Made by a program: the position numbers and the translations under genes. From an uncultured Anaerolineae bacterium (lineage in GTDB: Bacteria; Chloroflexota; Anaerolineae; J036; Brachytrichaceae), in the NCBI GenBank assembly GCA_938028725.1, contig CALIMH010000009.1:62529-126528 (forward strand): a stretch of DNA of 64,000 nucleotides, written 5' to 3'. The notes under the pieces are model-generated. The model had not been told where the DNA came from, did no database searches, and was given only the letters and a program-made list of their open reading frames with translations. Numbering within the stretch: position 1 is the first letter of the stretch; every line of letters starts with the position of its first letter. Below are positions 1 to 8,519 of the stretch, piece after piece.

Positions 1-213
1 GATCACACCTTTGCTGATGCGCGTCAACACCGGCGCGCGCACCACCACCACGCCGTCGCGTTGCTCTCGCAAGGGTAGGCAGCGGTCATACTGCGAGGTG
101 AGCACAGTGACCTGATGGCCCATCGCAGCCAGTGCGCGCGAGAGGCGTTCCACGTAAATCGTCAGGCCGCTGATGTGTGGGCGGTAATAGGTGAGTGCTT
201 GCAAGATGCGCAT
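1..213 (-). CDS. glycosyltransferase family 4-like (GT-B), N-terminal fragment; the 3' part lies beyond the left window edge
   Basis: Not in the ORF track because there is no stop in the window. Reverse-strand ATG at 213-211 gives MRILQALTYYRPHISGLTIYVERLSRALAAMGHQVTVLTSQYD..., a typical GT4 N-terminus. It sits 31 nt downstream of the UPF0104 gene on the same strand. Confidence 0.6.
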   Translation of the reverse strand, partial: MRILQALTYYRPHISGLTIYVERLSRALAAMGHQVTVLTSQYDRCLPLREQRDGVVVVRAPVLTRISKGVI

Positions 214-244
214 GGTTCAGAGGGAGCTGCTACGTTTCACGTGG

Positions 245-1225
245 TCAATGCTTGTTGTGGTGCGTGCGCAATTGCTCAAATGACAAACCGATGCGCATCA
301 TGCTGATCAGGCCAAACACAATCAGCGCAAGCTGCTGGGATAGCGACCAGACGAACACCAACGCTGTGGTGCGTGATTCGTCCAGGCCGAAGGGCAGCGC
401 CAACGCGGTCTTAGCGAACAACTGCACCGGCCCTAGGCCACCCGGCGCGGAGGGCGCCGCGCCGCCGAGGTTGCTTGCCATGAGCATCAGGCCGGCCTGC
501 TCGATGCGCGGCTCAAAGAATGCCGTCATCATCACCAACGCCAGCAGCAACGAAAACCCCCATGTCGCTAGCGTGGTGAGCGCAATCAGCGCAACTTGAA
601 CCGGTGTGCGCGCGCATTGCAGGCCAGCGACAAACTCGCGGTACCGTCGCAGCCAGGTAGCTGCGCTGATGCCGGGCAGCCGCCGCAACAGCGCTCTCAA
701 GACGCGCTCCCCTGCATCCGCATATCGCACGCTCATACCAATGCCGAGCGCCACCGCTGTGGCTAGCGCGCCGCCCACCGTCGCTGCCTGCGAGATGCCG
801 GCCTCCGCTGGCGCCAGTCGGGCGAAGAACAAAAAGCCCAGCACTACTACAACCAAGTCTAGCAAGCGCTCAACGAGGATAGACGAGAGGGCGGTGGGGG
901 TCCCGATGCGCGCTTGTTGGCCCATCACCCACGCCCGTCCGATCTCGCCGAGTCGGAAAGGCAGCGTCATGTTCAACATGTAGCCAATGCACATTGCCTG
1001 GAAGGTCAGCGCGAATGGTGCGCCGCCCATCAGGATTGCCCATCGCCAAGCGCGAAACCCTAGCCCAACCACAAACACGGCGAATGCCAGCACGAACAGC
1101 CACCAGCGCGATTGGGCCTCTTGTAGCGCAGCGGCGAAGGCGCCAAAATCTACGTTGCGCAGCGTGAGGTACAGCGCGACGATGCTGATGACGATGCCGG
1201 CCCAGAAGCGCTTGCTGCGGAACAT
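245..1225 (-). CDS. UPF0104 / lysyl-phosphatidylglycerol-synthase-TM-like (flippase-like) integral membrane protein
   Basis: The 326-aa ORF is polytopic and hydrophobic. Its N-terminus reads MFRSKRFWAGIVISIVALYLTLRNVDF, typical of the TIGR00374/UPF0104 family. It lies 6 nt after the PHP gene stop. Confidence 0.6.
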   Translation of the reverse strand: MFRSKRFWAGIVISIVALYLTLRNVDFGAFAAALQEAQSRWWLFVLAFAVFVVGLGFRAWRWAILMGGAPFALTFQAMCIGYMLNMTLPFRLGEIGRAWVMGQQARIGTPTALSSILVERLLDLVVVVLGFLFFARLAPAEAGISQAATVGGALATAVALGIGMSVRYADAGERVLRALLRRLPGISAATWLRRYREFVAGLQCARTPVQVALIALTTLATWGFSLLLALVMMTAFFEPRIEQAGLMLMASNLGGAAPSAPGGLGPVQLFAKTALALPFGLDESRTTALVFVWSLSQQLALIVFGLISMMRIGLSFEQLRTHHNKH

Positions 1226-1231
1226 TGCAGC

Positions 1232-2068
1232 TCAGGGTTGGTTCGTGCTAACCCTAAGGCGTTGCTGAAAGGCTTGCAGCTCTGCAGGTGGCAGTTGGAC
1301 GCTGCCGAGCGCCGCGCCCTCCGCTAAGGGGCCATGGTAGTCGCTGCCGCCGGTGATGAGCAAGCCACGCTCGTGTGCAAACGCGCTAAAGTGCGCTATC
1401 TGCTCCGGCGTGTGCAGAGGGTAGTGTGCCTCAATGCCGTCCAATCTGACAGCCAACAGCTCTTCCATCAGCGCTTCGGCTTTGCTCTGATACAGGCCGG
1501 GATGCGCCAGCACGGCGACCCCGCCCGCGGCGTGGATCAGCTCAACAGCTTGGACGGGCGTCAAACCGACATGTGGCGCAAATGCTGGCTTACCCTCGGC
1601 CAGATACAGGTCAAACGCAGCCTGGATGGATGGCACAAAACCCGCTTCCACCATCGCGCGGGCAATGTGTGGCCGGCCGATCACGCCGTCGCCGGCGATG
1701 GCGCGCACGCGCTCGAAGTCCAGATGGATGCCCAGCGCCTCCAGCCGTGTCAACATGCGCTTGGCCCGCTCCACGCGCACATGACGCAGGCTGGCGATTC
1801 GCTCGCGTGTGGCGCTGTCTTGCGGGTGGATGCCGTAGCCGAGGATGTGCACCTCGCCGTGAGCGGAGAGGGCGCTGATCTCGATGCCGCTGATGACCGT
1901 GATCCGGTGCTGCTGACCTGCCTCAATGGCTTCGGCGCAGCCCTCAATCGTGTCGTGGTCGGTGATTGCCAGCAGGGAGATGCCATGCTGTTTCGCCAGC
2001 GCCACCAACTCGGCAGGCGCATAAGCCCCGTCGGATGCAGTGGTGTGGCAGTGCAGCTCGACTAACAC
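1232..2068 (-). CDS. PHP-domain metal-dependent phosphoesterase
   Basis: PHP motifs are present: ELHCHTTASDG, ITDHDT, HILGY, LAHP, GGSDYHG. The ORF-track start at 2179 adds an Arg-rich, non-conserved extension. GTG at 2068 gives MLVELHCHT and is preceded by TAGAAT at 2082-2077. Confidence 0.75.
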   Translation of the reverse strand: MLVELHCHTTASDGAYAPAELVALAKQHGISLLAITDHDTIEGCAEAIEAGQQHRITVISGIEISALSAHGEVHILGYGIHPQDSATRERIASLRHVRVERAKRMLTRLEALGIHLDFERVRAIAGDGVIGRPHIARAMVEAGFVPSIQAAFDLYLAEGKPAFAPHVGLTPVQAVELIHAAGGVAVLAHPGLYQSKAEALMEELLAVRLDGIEAHYPLHTPEQIAHFSAFAHERGLLITGGSDYHGPLAEGAALGSVQLPPAELQAFQQRLRVSTNQP

Positions 2069-2211
2069 AACAACCGATTCTACGCGCTGCGCCGCCGTCA
2101 GCAGGCGCGCAGATCGCCTATCATCTAGGTGGCATGGGCGGTGGACCACGCTGTGCGCAACCCGGCGCAGCAATCGCACAAAGGACGATAGCAGCGCCTG
2201 CTGAGGGATTG

Positions 2212-4125
2212 ATGTTGCTGCTTATCTTGCTCGCTGCTGCTTGGCTGCGCTTCATGTGGCTCGACCTTGCTGATGTGCGCTTTGACGAGGCCTCAGCGCT
2301 CCAGCACGCGCGTGGCATCGCAGAGGGTCACTTGCTGGCGGTGTTGCCGTTCAGTGGCAGCGTGGTCAATCACCCGCCTGCATTTGCCTATGCGTTGGCG
2401 CCGCCATATTGGTTCAGCCGTGACGTGCGCGTGGCGATCGGCTGGCGAGCGCTGCTGGACGTGGCAGCCGTCGCGCTCACGTGGGTGATAGGCCGGCGGT
2501 ACTTTGGTGGGCGCGTGGGGCTGTTGGCGGCGCTGTTGTTTGCTGTGGCGCCGTGGGCAGTGCATTTTGCTCGCAAGACGTGGGCGACGGTGCTGCCGCT
2601 TGGCTCGGCGCTTATGCTGCTGGGGCTGCTAGAGCTGGCCACATGCCGACGTGCGCGTGGATGGGCCGCTGTGGGTGCTGGCTTGGCGCTCACGGTTGGC
2701 GCACATTGGGCCGGAGTCTACCTGCTGCCACTGGTGGTTGGCGTAGCTCTCACGCGCCGCCACACCCTGCGCCCCGTACTGCTGGGGATTGGGCCATTGC
2801 TGTTGATTGTCGGCGCGTATCTCGCCTATGACGCGCGCCACGACTTCCCCAACTTGCGGGCGCTGGCGAGTGCCCTGCAAGAGCGAGAGAAGGTGGAATC
2901 CTCCACCAATGCGCTGCAGCTGGCGCTGTGGATCAGCGGCGGCGCACACCTGAGCGACCTCACCGGCCCGGCCTTCGCAGCTTGGCAGCGCAGCTTGCCG
3001 CCGCTGTTGCCCGGCCTGGATGATGTGCAGGTGTTTGGCCTGTGCGCCAGTGCGGCTGGCGTAGCGTTGTTGGCGCTGCGCCGACGGGCTGCCTATTCGT
3101 CCGCAGCGCTAGGGTTGGTGCTGGCCTGCTTTGCCGTGCCAGTCATTTTGCAGCTTCTCCTCGGCCCGCCCGTGCAATTGCAATATGTCCTGGTCACGTA
3201 TCCCGCGTCGTTTTTGCTGATGGCGCTCGGCGCCGATTGGCTTTGGCGTCGGGGTGGTGTCTGGTTGCGCCTCGCCCTGGGTGCGGCAATCGTGGCGCTG
3301 CTGGGCTGGCAGGTGTTCACCACGCTGCACTTCTACGACTTTATCCAACGCCACGACACAGCTCCTGGCGGCTACGGCCCGCCGCTGCGCCGCATATTGT
3401 CCGCGGTTTCACTGGCGCAGGAGGTGGTGCGGAATGGGCAGGCGCAGGAGGTCATTGTTGTAGCAGTCGATCCAGTAGTTGAGCCATCCAAAGATGAGCT
3501 GGCGACAGTGCTGGATGTGGTGCTGGCCGACCTGCCACACCGCTTTGCCGATGCGCGCTTCGGCTTGATCCTACGTGAAGAGCCGGTGGCCTATAGCTTC
3601 ACGCCAAGCGCGGCGCTCGCCCTGTCGCTATGGCGAGAGCATGTCTCATCGGAGAAGCTGATCTCGCGCACCAGTGCGCTGCGCCTAAGCGGCGAACAAA
3701 CCATCACGGTTGCATTGGCGCCGCCTGCCCGATTGCCAGGGGATGTCGTGCCACATTCAGCGCAGTGGCCCGGCTTCGGTCTGCTTGGCTACGCCGTACG
3801 TTGGCGTGAGGAGGGTGCGTTGCTGTTGCTCTACGTGCGCGTGTTTAACCCACCACAGGAGGATCTGCATTGGTTTGCCCACGCCTACCAGGGCGACCGG
3901 TTCGTAGCCCAGCATGACACCAGCGGGATACATCCACGCTCCTGGCGGGCTGGGGATGTGCTCCTGCTGTGGTTCGATCTCCCTTTGCAGCGCGATGTGG
4001 CGTATCGGCTGCGCGTAGGCGCCTATCGTTATCCGCAGGTGCAAAACCTGCCGGTGCTTGACGCTGTGGGTCAGCCTGTTGACGATGCGCTCACGATTGA
4101 GCTGTCGCCTGTAGTGAACCACTAG
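2212..4125 (+). CDS. GT-C fold membrane glycosyltransferase (GT39/ArnT/PMT-like) with a soluble C-terminal domain
   Basis: ATG at 2212 is preceded by GAGGGA. The N-terminal multi-span half begins MLLLILLAAAWLRFMWLDLADVRFDEA. The C-terminal ~240 aa are non-membrane. The 1966 start in the ORF track would overlap the divergent PHP gene. Confidence 0.6.
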   Translation: MLLLILLAAAWLRFMWLDLADVRFDEASALQHARGIAEGHLLAVLPFSGSVVNHPPAFAYALAPPYWFSRDVRVAIGWRALLDVAAVALTWVIGRRYFGGRVGLLAALLFAVAPWAVHFARKTWATVLPLGSALMLLGLLELATCRRARGWAAVGAGLALTVGAHWAGVYLLPLVVGVALTRRHTLRPVLLGIGPLLLIVGAYLAYDARHDFPNLRALASALQEREKVESSTNALQLALWISGGAHLSDLTGPAFAAWQRSLPPLLPGLDDVQVFGLCASAAGVALLALRRRAAYSSAALGLVLACFAVPVILQLLLGPPVQLQYVLVTYPASFLLMALGADWLWRRGGVWLRLALGAAIVALLGWQVFTTLHFYDFIQRHDTAPGGYGPPLRRILSAVSLAQEVVRNGQAQEVIVVAVDPVVEPSKDELATVLDVVLADLPHRFADARFGLILREEPVAYSFTPSAALALSLWREHVSSEKLISRTSALRLSGEQTITVALAPPARLPGDVVPHSAQWPGFGLLGYAVRWREEGALLLLYVRVFNPPQEDLHWFAHAYQGDRFVAQHDTSGIHPRSWRAGDVLLLWFDLPLQRDVAYRLRVGAYRYPQVQNLPVLDAVGQPVDDALTIELSPVVNH

Positions 4126-4145
4126 CGTTTGCGCCGGGCGGGTGC

Positions 4146-4742
4146 TCAACGGCCTTTTGCTGTGCGCTTGACATGCCACACCCGCTCCAATGTGGTGAAG
4201 AAGCCCAGCATCGCGAGCGCAGCAACCATCGCGCCCAGGCTGTGGGTCCAGATCGGGTAAGCCAACAGGCCCAGCGCCAACACCATAAAGCGCCCAAATC
4301 GGCTGAACAAACCTACTTGGCATGTGAGTCCCAAGCCTTCGGCGCGCGCGCGGGTATAGCTGACAAGGAACGAGCCGGTGAGCGCGGCAAATGTTAACGC
4401 CACGAAGGGCACTTGTTGGCGCAGGGCGAAGTATATGCCTGTGCCGGCCAGCAGCGCAGCCTCAGCCAGCCGATCCAGCGTGCTGTCAAGAAATGCGCCG
4501 AAGGTGCTTTGCTTGCCCAGCTTGCGCGCCACCCCGCCATCCAGCGCATCCAACGGCATGGCCACCAGCGCCATCAGCAACCCACCGAAGAAGGGGAAGC
4601 CGAGGGCGATCAAGCCGCCGGCGGCCATGTTGAGGGCGCAGCCGAGTGTGGTCAGCGCGTTTGGTGAGAGTCCACTGCGCGCCACCAGCGCCACCAGTGG
4701 CTCCAGCAGGGGTGCCAATCGGCGGCGCGCCCATTGCTCCAT
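4146..4742 (-). CDS. CDP-alcohol phosphatidyltransferase, phosphatidylinositol-phosphate-synthase-like
   Basis: The full signature D-x2-DG-x2-AR-x8-G-x3-D-x3-D is present in LDALDGGVARKLGKQSTFGAFLDSTLDRL. The protein is 198 aa and multi-span. Its start overlaps the ino1 stop by 1 nt (TGATG). Confidence 0.8.
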   Translation of the reverse strand: MEQWARRRLAPLLEPLVALVARSGLSPNALTTLGCALNMAAGGLIALGFPFFGGLLMALVAMPLDALDGGVARKLGKQSTFGAFLDSTLDRLAEAALLAGTGIYFALRQQVPFVALTFAALTGSFLVSYTRARAEGLGLTCQVGLFSRFGRFMVLALGLLAYPIWTHSLGAMVAALAMLGFFTTLERVWHVKRTAKGR

Positions 4743-5863
4743 CAGCGCTCCGCTTCCCCACGGATGAACGCCTCGACGCGCTCGCGCGCCTCGTCGTCAG
4801 TGAACTGCTGTGGCGGGGATTTCATGAAGTAGGCAGATGGTCCGGTCAGCGCGCCGCTGATGCCGCGGTCAAGCGCGATCTTAGCGCAGCGGATCGCGTC
4901 AATCACTACGCCGGCGCTGTTGGGGCTATCCCACACCTCCAGCTTCACTTCCACGTTAAGCGGCACGTTGCCGAAGGTGGTTCCTTCAAGGCGGATGTAG
5001 GCCCATTTGCGATCAGTCAACCAAGGCACATAGTCGCTAGGCCCAACGTGCACGTTCTCAGGGGGGATGGGGTAGGGGATTTGGGAAGTGACGGCGTTGG
5101 TTTTGCTGGTCTTCTTGGACTCCAATCGCTCGCGTTCGAGCATGTTCAGGAAGTCGGTGTTGCCGCCGAAGTTGAGCTGATACGTGCGATCCACGCGCAC
5201 GCCGCGCTCGACGAAAAGGCGTGTTAACACGCGGTGAACGATGGTGGCGCCCACCTGGCTCTTGATGTCATCGCCGATGATCGGCAGGCCGCGTTCGGCG
5301 AAGCGACGCTGCCAATAAGGCTCGCGGGCGATGAACACCGGCACGCAGTTGACGAACGCGCAGCCGGCTTGCAACACCTGTTCCACATACCACTTGGTGG
5401 CTTGCTCACTGCCCACTGGTAGATAGCTCACCACGACGTCTGTTTGGGTGTCGCGCAGAATCTTCACGATGTCGCTGGTCTCGCCAGGCGCCTTGCGGAT
5501 CACGCTGGAAAGGTATTTGCCTAAGCCGTCGTGCGTCATGCCGCGGTACACGCAGCAACCTGTGTGGGGCACATCGGCAAACTTGTAGGTGTTGTTCGGG
5601 GGCGTGAAGATCGCCTCGCTCAAGTCCTTGCCCACCTTGTTGGCGTCTATGTCGAACGCGGCGGTGAATTCGATGTCGCCCACGTGGTAGTCGCCGAGCT
5701 GCACATGCATCAGGCCCGGCACAAACTCCTCAGGTTTGGCGTTGCGGTAGAAATACACACCTTGCACCAGTGAACTGGCGCAGTTGCCAACACCGATGAT
5801 AGCGACGCGCACTTTGCGCTTGGCAGCTTCGCGGAGTTGTTGAAGTTTGTCGCTCTTCTTCAT
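4742..5863 (-). CDS. ino1: myo-inositol-1-phosphate (inositol-3-phosphate) synthase
   Basis: The 373-aa ORF has the NAD-binding N-terminus [22 protein letters not shown], plus [11 protein letters not shown] and [12 protein letters not shown] blocks. A GAGGA-type SD lies upstream of the ATG. Confidence 0.9.
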   Translation of the reverse strand: MKKSDKLQQLREAAKRKVRVAIIGVGNCASSLVQGVYFYRNAKPEEFVPGLMHVQLGDYHVGDIEFTAAFDIDANKVGKDLSEAIFTPPNNTYKFADVPHTGCCVYRGMTHDGLGKYLSSVIRKAPGETSDIVKILRDTQTDVVVSYLPVGSEQATKWYVEQVLQAGCAFVNCVPVFIAREPYWQRRFAERGLPIIGDDIKSQVGATIVHRVLTRLFVERGVRVDRTYQLNFGGNTDFLNMLERERLESKKTSKTNAVTSQIPYPIPPENVHVGPSDYVPWLTDRKWAYIRLEGTTFGNVPLNVEVKLEVWDSPNSAGVVIDAIRCAKIALDRGISGALTGPSAYFMKSPPQQFTDDEARERVEAFIRGEAER

Positions 5864-6001
5864 GATGGAACTGTCCTCTGCAGACCAACATTATAGAATT
5901 TGCTTCACTCCTTCCACCTCCTCCGTAGCTATGTGTGTTGTGTCTGAGCACAGCACAAGGTTGGCTTGGAGCGACCGCTGAGGTGATGGGATGGTGAAGC
6001 G

Positions 6002-6622
6002 ATGTGGGGCGCACTGATTGCGGGTGTCACGCTGGGACTTTCCGCAGGCTTTTCGCCTGGGCCGCTCAGCTTGTTGGTGATCTCCCAGTCGCTGCGCTTT
6101 GGGGCGCGTGAGGGCGCGCGCGTAGCTTTGGCTCCGCTGGTGACCGACGCGCCGATAGTGTTGCTCGCCCTGTTGTTGGTGCGTCAAGCTGCCAGTAATG
6201 CGGTGTGGTTTGGCGTGCTCGGGTTGGTTGGCGCGGGGTTTGTCGCCTATCTGGCGTGGGAGACCTTTCGGGTGAATGCGCTGCCCGACCAGCCAGGCAA
6301 TGTGGCGCCTCGGTCGTTGCTGCGCGGTGTGCTAGTGAACTTGCTCAGTCCACATCCATGGCTGTTCTGGATCAGCGTAGGCGCACCATTGGTCCTGCGC
6401 AGCTATGCCGAGATCGGCGCGGCTGCTGCCGCAGCGTTCATGCTTGGCTTCTACACGCTGTTAATCGGCAGCAAGATGCTCATAGCGTGGGCGACTGAGC
6501 GCTCGCGCAGTTTGCTGCGCGGGGCGGCCTATCGCTGGCTGATGCGGGCGCTGGGTGTTGCGCTGGCGGTCTTTGCCGTTTTGTTGCTGCGCGACGCGCT
6601 GCAGCGCTTAGGTGTCGTATAA
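6002..6622 (+). CDS. LysE/RhtB family amino-acid exporter
   Basis: The 206-aa ORF has about 6 TM segments. The N-terminus GVTLGLSAGFSPGPLSLLVISQSLRFG is typical of the LysE family. Confidence 0.75.
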   Translation: MWGALIAGVTLGLSAGFSPGPLSLLVISQSLRFGAREGARVALAPLVTDAPIVLLALLLVRQAASNAVWFGVLGLVGAGFVAYLAWETFRVNALPDQPGNVAPRSLLRGVLVNLLSPHPWLFWISVGAPLVLRSYAEIGAAAAAAFMLGFYTLLIGSKMLIAWATERSRSLLRGAAYRWLMRALGVALAVFAVLLLRDALQRLGVV

Positions 6623-6661
6623 CACAGCGGCGCTGCTGTCGCTGGCTGCATCTTTACGTAA

Positions 6662-6670
6662 TGCTAGAAT
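6662..6670 (+). promoter_or_regulatory. candidate extended -10 promoter (TGcTAGAAT) for the glyA-gcvT unit
   Basis: TGCTAGAAT lies about 83 nt upstream of the ATG at 6753. It would give a ~75-nt GC-rich 5' UTR containing the hairpin CCGGCGAC-AA-GTCGCCGG (6696-6713). Confidence 0.4.
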
Positions 6671-6752
6671 CGCGTGCGCCGGTGAGTGGTGCGCGCCGGC
6701 GACAAGTCGCCGGGCACCGCCTCGACTGGTTGAACCTGATGGAGCAGAAATC

Positions 6753-8519
6753 ATGGCCGGTGATTTTTTGATCCGCGGCACGCTAGCCGATGTGGACCCT
6801 GCAGTGGCTGAGCTGATCCGGCTTGAGCACGCGCGCCAGATGCATAAGCTGATCATGATCGCCAGCGAGTCCTACGTGCCACAAGCCGTTCGTGAAGCAG
6901 AAGGCTCAGTCTTCCAAAACATTTACGCCGAGGGCTATCCTCATGTCAGCATGCATGGCCTAAGCGAGGATCGCATCCTCGACTACGGCTATCAGATGCC
7001 TTTCTACCGCCGCCACGCCGACCGGCGCTACTACAAAGGTGTGGAGTATTGCAACATCGTCGAGGCCCTGGCACAACGGCGCGCGGCAGAAGCATTTTGC
7101 CCGCCGGGTATGTCGCCGGAGCAGCTCTTCGTGAATGTGCAGCCGCTCAGCGGCGCGGTCGCCAACCTCGCCATCTATGAGGCGCTGTTGCAGCCCGGCG
7201 ATGTGGTGATGACACTGGACTTGCTGCATGGCGGGCATCTCTCCCACGGCAGCTCGGCCAGCGTAACCGGACGCCGCCAGCGTGTTGTGCACTATCGCGT
7301 GAACCCAGAGACTGAGTTGCTGGACTACGAGGAGCTTTACGAATTGGCCCAGCGCGAGCGCCCTCGCATGATCATCGCCGGCTTCACCTCGTATCCCTGG
7401 GCGCCAGATTTTCGGAAGTTCCGCGAGATCGCCGACTCAGTGAACGCCTATCTGATGGCGGACATTGCACACACCGCCGGCATGGCTATCGCAGGCGCGT
7501 ATCCTAACCCGGTGGGCATTGCGCATGTCACCGCTTTCACCACCCACAAGACGCTGATGGGTCCGCGCGGCGCAGTCATCATCACCACAGACCCTGAGAT
7601 CGCCCAGAAGATTGACCGCTCCGTCTTCCCTGGCTTGCAAGGTGGCCCACACATGAACAAGGTCGCTGCCATGGCCACCATGTTCAAGATCGCCCAGACG
7701 CCGCAGTTCAAAGCGCTGCAACACCAAATCGCGCGCAATGCTGTCGCCTTAAGCGATGGCTTCAAAGCAAACGGCCTGCGCGTGGTGCACGGCGGGACAA
7801 ACACGCACATGGTGCTGCTGGATTGCAAGAGCGCAGCTCAGCGCGGTGGCGTGCCGCTGATGGGCAACATCGCTTCGCGCATTTTGGACCTGGTCGGCAT
7901 TGTGTGCAACCGCAACACTATCCCAGGCGACAAGGACGCCAGCCAGCCTAGCGCATTGCGCTTCGGCACGCCATGGGTCACGCAACGCGGTTTGGACGAG
8001 CGCGATATGCGTGAGATCGCTGACATCGTCACAGCAGTGTTGCGTGCCACCATCCCCTTCGCCACACAAGGCAAGCGCGGCGCACTTTACAGCGCGCGCG
8101 CTGACTTGGATGTGCTGCGTCAAGCCGCTGACCGCGTGCAGGCGCTGGTGGAGAAGGCTGGCTGTGATGTGGTGCTGTCGCCGCAGACGTATCCTCACAC
8201 CTGGCGCGCCACCAACGGCGCCGGCGATCAGCCAGTTGAGGTGCGCGGCGAGCACGCCGAGGACCTGCTGGCCAGCGTGTTGGATCGTCCGCTTGCGGAG
8301 CTGAGCGATGGGGGCGTGGCCCGCTTGCTCGGGCCGGGCCGCCAGCCCATGGCTGAGGTCAGCGTGCGCCGTGTGGAAGGCGGTTTTGTGTTGAACGTCT
8401 CTGGGTCGGTGCGCGCTCGCGCTGTGGAGTGGTTGCGGCTGCTCAGCGAAGGCTACGTCGTAGTGGACGATGCCCAGCTCGAAGATGGTGCACCTGGCCC
8501 AGTGGAGGTGTGGGCGTGA
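6753..8519 (+). CDS. glyA: serine hydroxymethyltransferase-like PLP enzyme, atypical (internal insertion plus ~130-aa C-terminal tail)
   Basis: SHMT blocks are present: LIMIASESYVPQAVREAEGSVFQNIYAEGYP, VNVQPLSGAVAN, LLHGGHLSHG and TTHKTLMGPRG (PLP lysine). ATG 6753 has GGAG 8 nt upstream. The 6612 start in the ORF track adds non-conserved sequence. Confidence 0.85.
   Translation: MAGDFLIRGTLADVDPAVAELIRLEHARQMHKLIMIASESYVPQAVREAEGSVFQNIYAEGYPHVSMHGLSEDRILDYGYQMPFYRRHADRRYYKGVEYCNIVEALAQRRAAEAFCPPGMSPEQLFVNVQPLSGAVANLAIYEALLQPGDVVMTLDLLHGGHLSHGSSASVTGRRQRVVHYRVNPETELLDYEELYELAQRERPRMIIAGFTSYPWAPDFRKFREIADSVNAYLMADIAHTAGMAIAGAYPNPVGIAHVTAFTTHKTLMGPRGAVIITTDPEIAQKIDRSVFPGLQGGPHMNKVAAMATMFKIAQTPQFKALQHQIARNAVALSDGFKANGLRVVHGGTNTHMVLLDCKSAAQRGGVPLMGNIASRILDLVGIVCNRNTIPGDKDASQPSALRFGTPWVTQRGLDERDMREIADIVTAVLRATIPFATQGKRGALYSARADLDVLRQAADRVQALVEKAGCDVVLSPQTYPHTWRATNGAGDQPVEVRGEHAEDLLASVLDRPLAELSDGGVARLLGPGRQPMAEVSVRRVEGGFVLNVSGSVRARAVEWLRLLSEGYVVVDDAQLEDGAPGPVEVWA

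Noticed and set aside
1966-2211. N-terminal extensions implied by the longest ORFs. These are 1966 for the GT-C gene, 2179 for PHP, 6612 for glyA, 8429 for gcvT, 10452 for the cytochrome c gene, 26728 for ilvD, 54760 for the esterase and 61193 for the aminotransferase.
   Set aside because: The extensions are Arg/Pro-rich, overlap neighbouring genes and lack conservation-like sequence. Internal starts with SD or -10 context restore canonical N-termini.
6623-6752. Possible ZTP (pfl) or THF riboswitch in the glyA 5' UTR.
   Set aside because: I looked for the ZTP elements (..ACUGGCG.., GGUGGA..ACCACCGGG, 3' CCGCCUGGGC). Only scattered partial matches occur (CCGGGCACCGCCT, CGACTGG), and they are in the wrong order. 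What remains is an uncharacterised GC hairpin at 6696-6713, which a covariance scan could settle.
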